Made by a program: the position numbers and the translations under genes. The notes below the pieces were generated by a model that saw only the letters and a list, made by a program, of their open reading frames with translations, searched no databases and had not been told where the DNA came from. From Octopus sinensis (taxonomy: Eukaryota), in NCBI RefSeq assembly GCF_006345805.1, contig NC_043019.1, positions 14,011,360 through 14,075,359 of the forward strand: a DNA stretch of 64,000 nucleotides, read 5' to 3'. Each line of letters starts with the position of its first letter. The stretch's first letter is position 1. Below, piece by piece: positions 24,585 to 36,444 of this stretch.

Positions 24585-26131
24585 GTAAGGAAAACCTTTG
24601 AAAATATTCACTGTACATTTGCAAAGCTAATGTAAATATGTTTCTTCTTTTAATCAAGAGAAAAGGGCAATATTTATGATTTTTTTACAGGGCCTCTAAG
24701 ACTGATTGATAGAAGGGACAAAGCTCTATTGAAACTGGAGATTTTATCCAGGTTTTTATAACAGAATGGACTCTGCTAAAGGCACTGAAGGGTCATCTTA
24801 TTTCTTTACTGCTCACAAGGGGCTACACACAGAGGAAACAAACGGACTAAGTCGATTATATCGACCCCAGTGCGTAACTGGTACTTATTTAATTGACCCC
24901 GAAAGGATGAAAGGCAAAGTCGACCTCAGCAGAATTTGAACTCAGAATGAAACGGTAGACGAAATACCGCTACGCATTTTGGCTAGCATGCTAGCGTTTC
25001 TGCCAGCTCACCACCTGGAAGTTCATCTTAAGGTATTAAATCCGGTGCTGGATTAAGTTTGTTTCCGTTGCTGTAATTGTCACAGATTTTAGGTCTTTTA
25101 AAATTCTGGCCGTATCTGAAGGGCATTCGACTCACAATCATGAGGTCAGCGGTTCGATTCCCAGTGGCCATTGTGTCTTTCAGGGAGACACTTTATTTTA
25201 CATAGCCCCATTTACTCAGATGGCAAAAAATGAGTAGGACCTGTATTTCAAAGGGCCAGCTTTGTCACATTCCATATAACACTGAATCTCTCTGGGAACT
25301 GCATTATGTGTAAGCATGTCTGTGGAATACTCAGACACTTATTTTTTTACTCTTTTACACATTTCAGTCATTTGACTGTGGCCATTCTAGAACACTGCCT
25401 TTGGTGAAACAAATCGACCCAAGGACTTATTCTCTGTAAGCCTAGTACTTATACTATCGGTCTCTTTTGCCGAACTGCTAAGTTTTGGGGACATAAACAC
25501 ACCAACACTGGTTGTCAAGTGATAGTGGAAGGACAAACACAGATACAAAGATACAAACACACATAAATATATATGCAAATCCACTCACAAGGCTTTGGTC
25601 AACCAGAGGCTATAGTAGAAGACACTTGCCCAAGGTGCCACACAGTGGGACTGAACCCAGAACCATATGGTTAGGAAGCAAGTTTCTTACCACACAGCCA
25701 TGCCTGTGCCTAGGAGGCTGTTCCATTAATCAAATCAAATGGAATTCATATTTTTATAACCGGCAGAGCACCAGCTGTATAATATTGTGGGTCCTTCATT
25801 GCAGGTCCATACCTTTCAGTTTTTCTTTATGAGCCAAGATATTTAAGCCTTCAACATTTATACACAGCTGTGTCATCAAATGCTCAATTATTTGGGTGGG
25901 GAGGCACATGGCATAGTGGTTAGGGTGTTGGACTCATGATCATAAGATTGTAGTTTCGATTCCTGGACCAGGCAACACAGTGTGTTCTTGAGCAAAACAC
26001 TTCACTTCACATTGCTCCAGTCCACTCAGCTGGCCAAAATGAGTAACAACCCAACATATTAGCTATTAGCGACAAAAATGGCATTTCTAATGAATATTAA
26101 TTAGCACATCCAATCTGAATTCATGTTTTAG

Positions 26132-26305
26132 AATTACTCAGCAAGACCCGTACCAGTTGGACATCATGGAGTGAGTGGTCCGGTTGCTCAACTACATGTG
26201 ACTCAGGCCGCCGAAGAAGATTTCGCAGCTGCTTACCAAAGGGCAGTGAATGCCGTGGAAATATTACTGCAGAGGAAGAGTGCATGCACGAACCTTGTCA
26301 CCCAA
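26132..26305 (+). CDS. TSP1 exon 9
   Basis: ttttAG|...|GTaagg, 174 bp, phase 1-1. [57 protein letters not shown]. Confidence 0.92.
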
Positions 26306-27055
26306 GTAAGGAAAACCTTTGAAAATATTCACTGTACATTTGCAAAGCTAATATAAACATTATTATTTTTCGCCTTTTAATGAAGAGAAAAGGGCAATAT
26401 TTATGACCTTTTTTTTACAGGGCGTCTAAGACTGATAGAAGGGACAGACAAAGCAGTATTCAATGTGGAGATTTCACCCAGGTGCTTGTAACAGAGTGGA
26501 CTCTGCTAAAAGCACTGAAGGGTCATCTTAAGGCATTAAATCTGGGGCTGGATTAAGTCTATCACCCCAGTGTGAAATTTCCATTGTTGTAATTTTCACG
26601 GATTTTAGGTCTCTTTAAATTCTGGTCACATCTGATATTTCTGGGGTTTTTGTTTTTTTTTTCCAGTTTTATATTTCTGGTTTGGTATAATATTTTGTGA
26701 AAGCACATGGGTTAGTTGTTAGGGTATTTGGCTCACAATCGTAGGGCTGAGAGTTTGATTCCCTGTGGCTACCAGATGCACTCACAGCACTTCATTTGGC
26801 CCAAGGCTATAGTAAAAGACATGTGTCCAAGGTTCCACGTAGAGGGTCTGACCCCTAGAATCACATGGTTGGGAAACAAACTTCTTCCCACACAGCCACT
26901 CCAGCGTGGCTGTGTGGTAAGTAGCTTGCTTACCAACCACATGGTTCCGGGTTCTCATCCCGTTGTATAACACTTTGGGCAAGTGTCTTCTACTATAGCC
27001 TCAAGCTGACATACTTACATACACACATACATACATACATACATACATACATACA

Positions 27056-27086
<31 letters not shown>

Positions 27087-27564
27087 TAATAATACTACTA
27101 CTCTATATAAATCTCTCTGAGAGATTTAGAAATGTATTATTTATATAATCATCATCATCATTGTTTAACACCCACCTTCCAAGCAGGCATGGGTTGGACA
27201 GTTTGACAGGGCCTACCCCAGGCCACTGTGTCTCCTTTGTCAGGGATTTTACAACTGGATGCTCTTCCTAACATCAAAAGCTCTTCAGAGAGGATTGAGT
27301 ACTTTGTACATGGCACCAGCACACATGAGGCCAGTTTTGACAGGGTTTTTAAAGCTGGATGCCCTTCCGAATGCCAACCACTTGGAATGGATGCTTTTTA
27401 CATGGCACCAGCACTGGCAGGGTCACCAAATAACTTGCAAGACAAGGAATTTTGAGAGGAGGCGGGAGCATTGGAAGAAGGGTCCTTGTGTCAGATAATG
27501 AAAGGTTAGAGTAAGACAGAGAGGCAGAAACAGGTGTGTATATGTATGTATATTTATGTTTCAG

Positions 27565-27738
27565 AATTATCCAACAAGATCCATAACAGCTGGACATCAT
27601 GGACTGACTGGTCTCATTGTTCATCATCATGTGGCTCAGGCCGCCAAAAGAGGTTCCGCAGCTGTGTGCCAAAGAGTAACGGATGCCTTGGAAATATTAC
27701 TGAAGAGCAGGAATGCAAGCACAAATCTTGTCCGATAG
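27565..27738 (+). CDS. TSP1 exon 10
   Basis: tttcAG|...|GTagg, 174 bp, phase 1-1. LSNKIHNSWTSWTDWSHCSSSCGSGRQKRFRSCVPKSNGCLGNITEEQECKHKSCPI. Confidence 0.92.
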   Translation, partial: NYPTRSITAGHHGLTGLIVHHHVAQAAKRGSAAVCQRVTDALEILLKSRNASTNLVR

Positions 27739-27801
27739 GTAGGGAAAGCACTTGAAAAATATTCACTATACATTTGTTAAGTTTTAAATACTATCTTTTA
27801 T

Positions 27802-28140
27802 ATACGAGCAAAACGCCCTCCCTCCACCTCCATCCAATGGACGGTGCTGATTTGTCAAACATTTAAACCAAATTTTCTCAAAACAACTTGTCCCATAGGC
27901 CTCCCCTTTGAGAAACACTAATCGCAACAGCTAATGTACTTGTGCGTGCAAATGCACGTTTCCACGGCTTTATCGATTGCATTCTCACCTGGAATTGATT
28001 TTTGTAATTTTTTCAAGACTTATACACGCCCTGATACCATTGGTATCTACATATCAAATTTGAGCACAATCGGATGAAGGATGCCCGAGATCCTAGAAGA
28101 CACACACACAAACAGACGGAACGTATTTTATATAATAGAT
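27802..28140 (-). mobile_element. probable Helitron-type non-autonomous element
   Basis: The minus-strand 5' end ATCTATTATATAAAATACGTTCCGTCTG resembles the other copies. The 3' CTAG is not clean. Confidence 0.45.
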
Positions 28141-28164
28141 ATATAATATATATATATATAATAT

Positions 28165-28196
<32 letters not shown>

Positions 28197-28226
28197 ACAG
28201 ACATTAAATGATGATGATGATGATGA

Positions 28227-28261
<35 letters not shown>

Positions 28262-28528
28262 TCTTTATTGGCCACACAGGGCTGAAGACAGAGGGGACAA
28301 AATACAAAGTAGAGCTTTTCTTTTTGGGAAGAGAAGAAGGAAAAAAGAAAAAACAGGGGTGGTAGAAATTCGATCAAAAGGGATCATAAAAAAATTTTTA
28401 TGGCCTATCAATAGGGATCATGTATAGCTAGACAGACAGACAGACAGATAATATATGTACACACATAAACACAAACACCTGTGACATTTTGTCAGCCTTG
28501 ATAATTAAAGAGAAGTCGTCTATTTCAG

Positions 28529-28705
28529 AACATGTGACGGCACCGATGCACGGAGAATGGGATGAATGGAGCAACTGGGCCCCGTGTTCCACCTCTTGCG
28601 GTAACGGCCGACAAAAGAGGGTCCGCAATTGCCTTCCGCTCAAGACTCACTGCTTTGGCAATCGCAAGGAAGTAAAAAGCTGCCTGAAAAGAAATTGCAC
28701 TCAAG
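28529..28705 (+). CDS. TSP1 exon 11
   Basis: tttcAG|...|GTgggg (weak donor), 177 bp, phase 1-1. HVTAPMHGEWDEWSNWAPCSTSCGNGRQKRVRNCLPLKTHCFGNRKEVKSCLKRNCTQ. Confidence 0.85.
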
Positions 28706-28926
28706 GTGGGGGATATATTTGGAATTCTGTTGATGTAAGTCTGTTAGCGCGTGTAATAAAACCCTGCTTGATTTCTCTGGTTGTAACAGGCTTATATACT
28801 AATTAGTTATGTCCAGGTGCAGGCGTGGCTGTGCGGTAACGAGCTTGCTTCCCAACTACATGGTTCCGGGTTCAGTCCCACTACTGTGTGGCTCCTTGGT
28901 CAAGTGTGTTCTACTGTTCTACTATG

Positions 28927-29028
28927 GCCTTGGGCTAACCAAAGCCTTGGGCTGACCAAAGCCTTGGGCTGACCAAAGCCTTGGGCTGACCAAAGCCTTG
29001 GGCTGACCAAAGCCTTGGGCTGACCAAA
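28927..29028 (+). repeat. 17-bp unit x6 slippage expansion inside a family A SINE
   Basis: (GCCTTGGGCTGACCAAA)6. Confidence 0.9.
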
Positions 29029-29433
29029 GCCTTGTGAGTGGATCTGGTACACGGAAACATACATATATATTAGTCGGTAGTTCATAAGTCCGAAAAAGAA
29101 GTACAATCTAAGATTTTAAAACTGTAATACTTTGAAGGTTGACTGCTATGGCTAGTTAGAGAGTGACCATTCGTCTTGCACCCATAAAGCTCTCATCATC
29201 TATAACACACACACACACACACATACACACATGTGTATATATATATATATATTTAACAATTATTGTTAAATTTATTCCGAAATACTTTTCTTACCCGACA
29301 TGCAGTTCGGAAAAGCCCGCCATTTACCGAATATATGATTTATAAACATTCCATGTGCTTGGCCGGAGTGAATAGATGTCTGTTCGTCTTCGCTAGGTAA
29401 GGTTGGTGGTTTATTTATGATGTGTTCAGAATC

Positions 29434-29490
29434 AGTTCTGCTGATGATCATAGACGTAAGTTAAATGTGAAATCACGGTGATACAGAACT
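29434..29490 (+). ncRNA. minimal hammerhead ribozyme motif, sense strand of intron 11
   Basis: AGUUCUG CUGAUGA UCAUAGACGUAAGUUAAAUGU GAA AUCAC-G-GUGAU A CAGAACU. Perfect 7-bp stem I, quasi-palindromic stem III. Confidence 0.75.
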
Positions 29491-29885
29491 AAATTCATTT
29501 TTTAAATGTCTTGCTTTGAAGAACTGCATTAGGTATGATTAGTGTAATTTTAGTAGTAATGACTTTGTCCCTCCTAACGTGAGGCATTTATGTGTAATAA
29601 TGCCCTCTATACAATATATATATATATATATATGATAACAAAATAATATGTGAAACATGCATATATACATACATGTATGTATATACCTACATCTATATGT
29701 ATATATACATGTATATATGGGTACAGGATACAAAAAAAAACATAGAACACAAGGAGAAACAAAAACATAAAATCAAAACCAAGGAAATGAACTATTTTTC
29801 AAACAACGCAAAAACAGAGTACAAGACATACAACACAAGGAATATTCCCCTTCTTCAGTTGCCCCTGTTTCGGCTACTCCGCGTT

Positions 29886-29932
<47 letters not shown>

Positions 29933-31116
29933 ATGTTTGTCCACCACATGCATACAAACACATGCATACACAAACGCATGCACACACAAACACACACATG
30001 TATGCAAGTATGCACACACACATACACACATACAAACGCATACATACAATGAGCTTCGACACAGTTTCCGTCTTCCAGATCCATTCACAAGTCATTGGTC
30101 GTCCTGAAGCTATAGCAAAAGACATTTGTCCAAAGTACTGCACAGTGAGATTGAACCCTCAACCACATGGTTGTAAAGTGAGCTCCTTAGCCACCACACA
30201 GCTATGCCTATGCTGTTTACCCTTAAGGAAAATTTCAGGCAGAATTGATGTAACTTAGTGTGGCAAAGCCAGGGCCTTTAAACTGTATGTAAATTCCATT
30301 CAGTAGGCTTCCTGTTAGTTTCTGGCAACACCATTTCACTCATAAGGAAAGGGTTGACTGAGGCATTATAAAAGAGACTTGCCCAAGAAGTGATGCTGTG
30401 AGATTGATCCTACGTCCTCACGATTGCAAAATTAACTTCTTAACCACCTGGCTAGGCTAGAGCCAAATTTGCTTTTTCTCTTCTTTATGTGTATTTGTAC
30501 TTAAACCATAATCATCTGTATTTGTGTGTGTGCATACAATTGTGAGTGCGTGCATGTGTGTGACTCTGTTGGTAAGACTTGTTTAGTAAAATCGATAAAG
30601 ATTTTTTTTACGGTTATTCCTAGGTTTTGAATTTTTTATTTTAGCAAATAAAATAATTTGCCATATATATATATGTATGTATGTATACACTCTCAGAGTG
30701 GTTGGCATTAGGAAAGGCATCCAGCTGTAGAAACTTTGCCAGATCAAACCGTCCAACCCAAGCCAGCATGGAAAGCGGATAGTAAACGATGATGATGATG
30801 TATATATATATATGTATAACGTCTGTTGTCCATGCTGGCATGGGTTGGGTGGTATGACTAGAGCTGGCAAGCCAGCGGGGATGCACCAGACTCCAGTCTG
30901 CTTTGGCATGGTTTCTACGGCTGGATGCTCTTCCTAACACCAACCACTTTGCTTAGTGTGCTGGATGCTTTTACATAGCACCACATGGGTGCTTTTACGT
31001 ATCGCCACACGGGTGCTTTCACGTGGCACTGCACATGCGCTTTTAAGTGGCACCTCCATGGTTGCTTTATACAACCAGAAGGATCGGTCTTAACACTTCT
31101 GCTGCAGAGGACGGGT

Positions 31117-31150
<34 letters not shown>

Positions 31151-31366
31151 GTATTATATAATAGAAGTTATGCATACAAATAAATGCATCACTGCTACTA
31201 TTATGTTTAGAGCCCCCCCCCCCCGCCTCCCCTCATAGATTATCATAATCCAATCTGTTTCATGTATAAGCTATTAAGTAACTTCTGTTCTGAATAGTAT
31301 TACCGGTTGTGAGCTACAGAGCAAATGTAAGAGAAATAAGGATAGATTTGTGTTTATCCTTATTTC

Positions 31367-31488
<122 letters not shown>

Positions 31489-31795
31489 GAGAGTCTTTTA
31501 TATATGTACTTATGTGTATGCTTTTGTATGTATATATATATAGCTGTATGTATCTACATATGTCCATATAGTTATGTATGTGCTTGACTATTCATTTCTG
31601 AGTAAGCACAGATATTTCTGTATGTGTGCGTATATATAATATATATATATTATCATCATCATCATCATATCATCATTTAGCGTCCGTTTCATGCCAGCAG
31701 GGTTGGACGTTCTACTGGGGTCTGTGAAGCCAGAAGGCTTCATAGGCCCAGTCAATCTGGCAGTGTTTCTACGGCTGGATGCCCTTCCTAACGCC

Positions 31796-31826
<31 letters not shown>

Positions 31827-31831
31827 ATATA

Positions 31832-31862
<31 letters not shown>

Positions 31863-31900
31863 TATAATATATATATATATATATATGTATATATGGCGTA

Positions 31901-31932
<32 letters not shown>

Positions 31933-32225
31933 GTATGTATGTATGTATGTATGCATATATTGTGCATACACTTGTATTCATAAGGATTCGTGTATACTTG
32001 GAATTATATGTAAATAGATGTTTAACTGTATATATGTGTAGATATATATCAGGTTGAGTAAAAAGTAACCAATGTTTTGAAACATGGAAATCATCACAAT
32101 ATATTTCAAAAATGCGGAAATATATAGAAATATAGTGTATATATGTGCTTCGCAGTTGTCTCACAATAAATATGCATAATATGAATGGTATACACACACA
32201 CACAACACACACACATATATGTATT

Positions 32226-32266
<41 letters not shown>

Positions 32267-32566
32267 ACATGTGTGTGTATATTTGTGTTAATATGTATGT
32301 CTATCTACCTATGGCTGTGTGGTAAGTAGCTTACTTACCAACCACATGGTTCCAGGTTCAGTCCCACTGCATGACACCTTGGGCAAGTGTCTTCTACTAT
32401 CGCCTCTGGCTGACCAAAGCCTTGTGAGTGGATTTGATAGACGGAAACTGAAGGAAACCCACCGTATATATATATATATATATATATGTAGGTCCCGGGT
32501 TGATTCGGGGTTAACCACAGTAAATAAGGTACTCAATACATAGTAGAGTAAAATTAATTATTATAT

Positions 32567-32724
32567 AGAAGGAGCTTCTACAGGACTAGAACTGTTTCAT
32601 TCAAGAGAAATCTTCAGGAAGCTAGTTAACAAGAATGTATAAATGCCAATACAATCTTTTGTTAACTAGCTTCCTGAAGATTTCTCTTGAATGAAACAGT
32701 TCTAGTCCTGTAGAAGCTCCTTCT
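32567..32724. ncRNA. perfect foldback carrying two hammerhead motifs (- at 32573-32623, + at 32668-32718)
   Basis: 66-bp perfect inverted arms with a 26-nt spacer. Each arm reads AGCUUC CUGAAGA UUUCUCUUGAAU GAA ACAG-uucuaguc-CUGU A GAAGCU. Confidence 0.75.
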
Positions 32725-32728
32725 TATA

Positions 32729-32773
<45 letters not shown>

Positions 32774-33843
32774 GTATGTATATATTTGTGTGTCTGTGTT
32801 TGTCCCCCCACCAATGCTTGACAACCGATGCTGGTGTGTTTACATCCCTGTAACTTGGCAGTTCTGCAAAAGAGACTGATACAATAAGTACTAGGCCTAC
32901 AAATAATAAGTCCTGGAGTCGATTTGTTCGACTAAAAGCAGTGCTCCAGCATGGCTGCAGTCAAACGACTGAAACAAGTAAAAGAATAATAGAATAAAAG
33001 AATACATAATAAGGAGAATGAGGAGAATGAAGAATCTGAACATTCAAGCTTGGTTTATTTCGAGTTTAGTTTATTCATAATAATTGTCCAACACGTGTTT
33101 CGATTGCACCAACTCAGAGAAATTCTGTATTTGCCTGGATATTATATCCCTCTTCTTACTATATATATGTGTGTGTTGTGTGTGTCTGTGTGTCTGTGTG
33201 TGTATCTGTGTGTATGTGTGTGCGTGCATGCATATGTATATATATGTGTATATATATGTGCTTCACAGTTGTCTCACAATAAATGTGCATCATATGAATG
33301 GATATACACACACACACACACACATACACATACACACACACATATACTCACACACACTTATATACACACACATATACACACACACATATAGACACACATA
33401 CACACACACACATATACATGCACACACTTACATAATATAATTCAACATGCTAATGCTTCCCCCGGCCATATTTGACCAATGACATGATACAGGCATTATT
33501 GCCACAACGCAGAACCAGCCTTGTGCCACAGACACATCATCAATGCACAAGACATGAATTTGCTGTATATGCGCAATAAAGTCCTTTGTAAAGGCTTTTA
33601 AAAATTGCGGCAAAATCTCATATCTGTTCCTTTCAATATACAACAACTCCAATATAGTTGATATCGGCAAACAAAAGTGGAATATTCAAATCTGCTGAAA
33701 TCAAAGTAGATTTATCAGGAATGTAATAATGCAATATTGTTCAATTTTAAGCTCTAATGTAAAAGAAAACCGTGTCTCTTCTTCAGCGTTATGTCATATT
33801 GGTTACACGTGTCTGCACATGCATATATATATATATAATGTAT

Positions 33844-34051
<208 letters not shown>

Positions 34052-34077
34052 TATATATATTATATATATATATTATA

Positions 34078-34108
<31 letters not shown>

Positions 34109-35433
34109 GCATGCTTGCACAGGAGTGGCTGTGTGGTAAGTAGCTTGCTAACCAGCCACATGGTTCTGGGTTCAGTCCCACTGCATGGCATCTTGGGCAA
34201 ATGTTTTCTGCTATAGCCTCGGGCCGACCAAAGCCTTGTGAGTGGATTTGGTAGACGGAAACTGAAAGAAGCCTGTCGTATATATGTATATATATATGTA
34301 TGTGTATGTATATGTTTGTGTGTTTGTGTTTGTCCCTCTAGCATTGCTTGACAACCAATGCTGGTGTGTTTACGTCCCCGTAACTTAGCGGTTCGGCAAA
34401 AGAGACCAATAGAATAAGTACTGGGCTTACAAAAGAATAAGTCCCAGGGTCGATTTGCTCGACTAAAGGCGGTGCTCCAGCATGGCTGCAGTCAAATGAC
34501 TGAAACAAGTAAAAGATACCTGTATACACACACTTAGGAAATATATCGAATGATTCAGAAAGAGTCAGTGATGGATGATGAGGAGGAAGGAATGAAGGAG
34601 AGACGAAAGGTTACTCATTTTATTCAGAGGGGCATCTTCTCAAATTTTTGCTCTTTTGTAATGTTAATACCTATTTCTTTACTGTCCACAAGGGGCTAAA
34701 CACAGAGGGGACAAGCAAGGACAGACATAGGTATCAAGTCGATTACATCGACCCCAGTGTGTAACTGTTACTTTATTTATCGACCCCGAAAGGATGAAAG
34801 GCAAAGTCGACCTCGGCGGAATTTGAACTCAGGATGTAACGGCAGATGAAATACCGCTAAGCATTTTGCCGGCATGCTAACGGTTCTGCCAGCTCGTCAC
34901 CTTTGATAAATTGAATACCAGTTACGTACTGGGGTTGATCTAATTGACTGGCCCCCTCCCCAAAAATTGCAACCCTTGTGCCTAGAGTAGAAAAGAATCA
35001 TTAGCACACTAGGTGAAATGCTCAGCAGTATTTCGCCTGCCGCTACGTTCTGAGTTCAAATTCCGCCGAGGTCGACTTTGCCTTTCATCCTTTCGGGGTC
35101 AATAAATTAAGTACCAATTATGTACTGGGGTCGATGTAATCGACTTAATCCCTTTGTCTGTCCTTGTTTGTCCCCTCTATGTTTAGCCCCTTGTGGGTAA
35201 TAAAGACATCTGCTGCTACATTCTGAGTTCAAATTCTGCCAGGGTCAACTTTGCCTTTCATCCTTTCATTGTCGATTAAATAAGTACCAGTTATGCACTG
35301 GGGTCGATATAATCGGCTCAATCCCTTCCCCCAAATTTGAGGCCTTGTGCTTCCAGTAGAAAGGATTAATTAATGCAGTTACATGCTTAATTTATAATGT
35401 TTTTTTTTTTTTTATTTGTTGCTCTTCTTCCAG

Positions 35434-35606
35434 GAAAATTTGTCTCCACAGGTGGACATTGGGCACAGTGGTCACAGTGGTCAAACTGCTCAGTTGATTG
35501 TGGCTGGGTCAGCAGAGACGAAGACGTACTTGTCAGCCAGTCAGTCATCATTGTGAGGGTGACATCAGCAATGTGCGATCGTGTATGGAAAGAAGCTGCT
35601 TTCCAG
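35434..35606 (+). CDS. TSP1 exon 12 (1-bp deletion/frameshift near 35505 as assembled)
   Basis: ccAG|...|GTaac, 173 bp. KFVSTGGHWAQWSQWSNCSVDCG in one frame and GQQRRRRTCQPVSHHCEGDISNVRSCMERSCFP in the other. Confidence 0.8.
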
Positions 35607-36291
35607 GTAACGACAATTTCGTCTTTTGTCTTCTATCTCAGAGGTTTTCAACCAGGATCCATATGGCCCCTGAAGGTTCATATAAGATTTTTGGGAGTCC
35701 ATGCAGCAAAATAGTAGTAAATTGGGAGTCCACAATAGTATTTTAAGGGCCCCTGAAAAAATTTTTGTTTTCGATTATAGGTGCAGGAGTGGCTGTGTGG
35801 TAAGTAGCTTGCTTACCAACCACATGGTTCCGGGTTCAGTCCCACTGCGTGGCACCATGGGCAAGTGTTTTCTACAGTAGCCTCGGGCCGACCAAAGCCT
35901 TGTGAGTGGATTTGATAGACGGAAACTGAAAGAAGCCAGTTGTATATATGTATGTGTATGTGTATATGTTTGTGTGTTTGTCCCCCCAACACACCGATGC
36001 TGGTGTGTTAACTTAGCGGTTCGGCAAAAGATGCCGATAGAATAAATACTAGGCTTACAAAGAATAAGTCCTGGGGTCGATTTGCTCGACTAAAAGCAGT
36101 GCTCCAGTATGGCCGCAGTCAAGTGACCGAAACAAATGAAAGAAAGAAAGAAAGAAAGAAAGAAAGAATATTAAATTTGTGAAAGTAGTCTGAATGCTAA
36201 AGGATTAAATACCTTCTTTGAAGTTTTTTTGTTGAGTCTTGTTTCCTCCTTTACAGGCCACACTGGTGATGCCATTCCTTCTCTCTTGCAG

Positions 36292-36444
36292 GTCAGTGGG
36301 GTAAATGGGGCGATTGGTCCCAGTGTTCAGCTGCGTGCGGCAGAGGGCAGATAACAAAGACCCGTTTATGTATACCCACCGGTGCTCAGTGTCCCGGCAA
36401 AGTCACTGAACGCATGATCTGTATGAAAAGGAGCTGTGACAAAG
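36292..36444 (+). CDS. TSP1 exon 13
   Basis: ccttctctcttgcAG|...|GTaggg, 153 bp, phase 1-1. QWGKWGDWSQCSAACGRGQITKTRLCIPTGAQCPGKVTERMICMKRSCDK. Confidence 0.85.

Noticed and set aside
33080-33125. Minus-strand GAAACACGUGUU palindrome resembling hammerhead stem III
   Set aside because: The upstream core reads CUGAGUU, not CUGANGA, and stem I does not pair.
36257-36291. Upstream acceptor (ttacAG at 36256) for TSP1 exon 13
   Set aside because: It gives a 188-bp exon that is out of frame. The acceptor at 36291 has a better pyrimidine tract and preserves phase 1-1.
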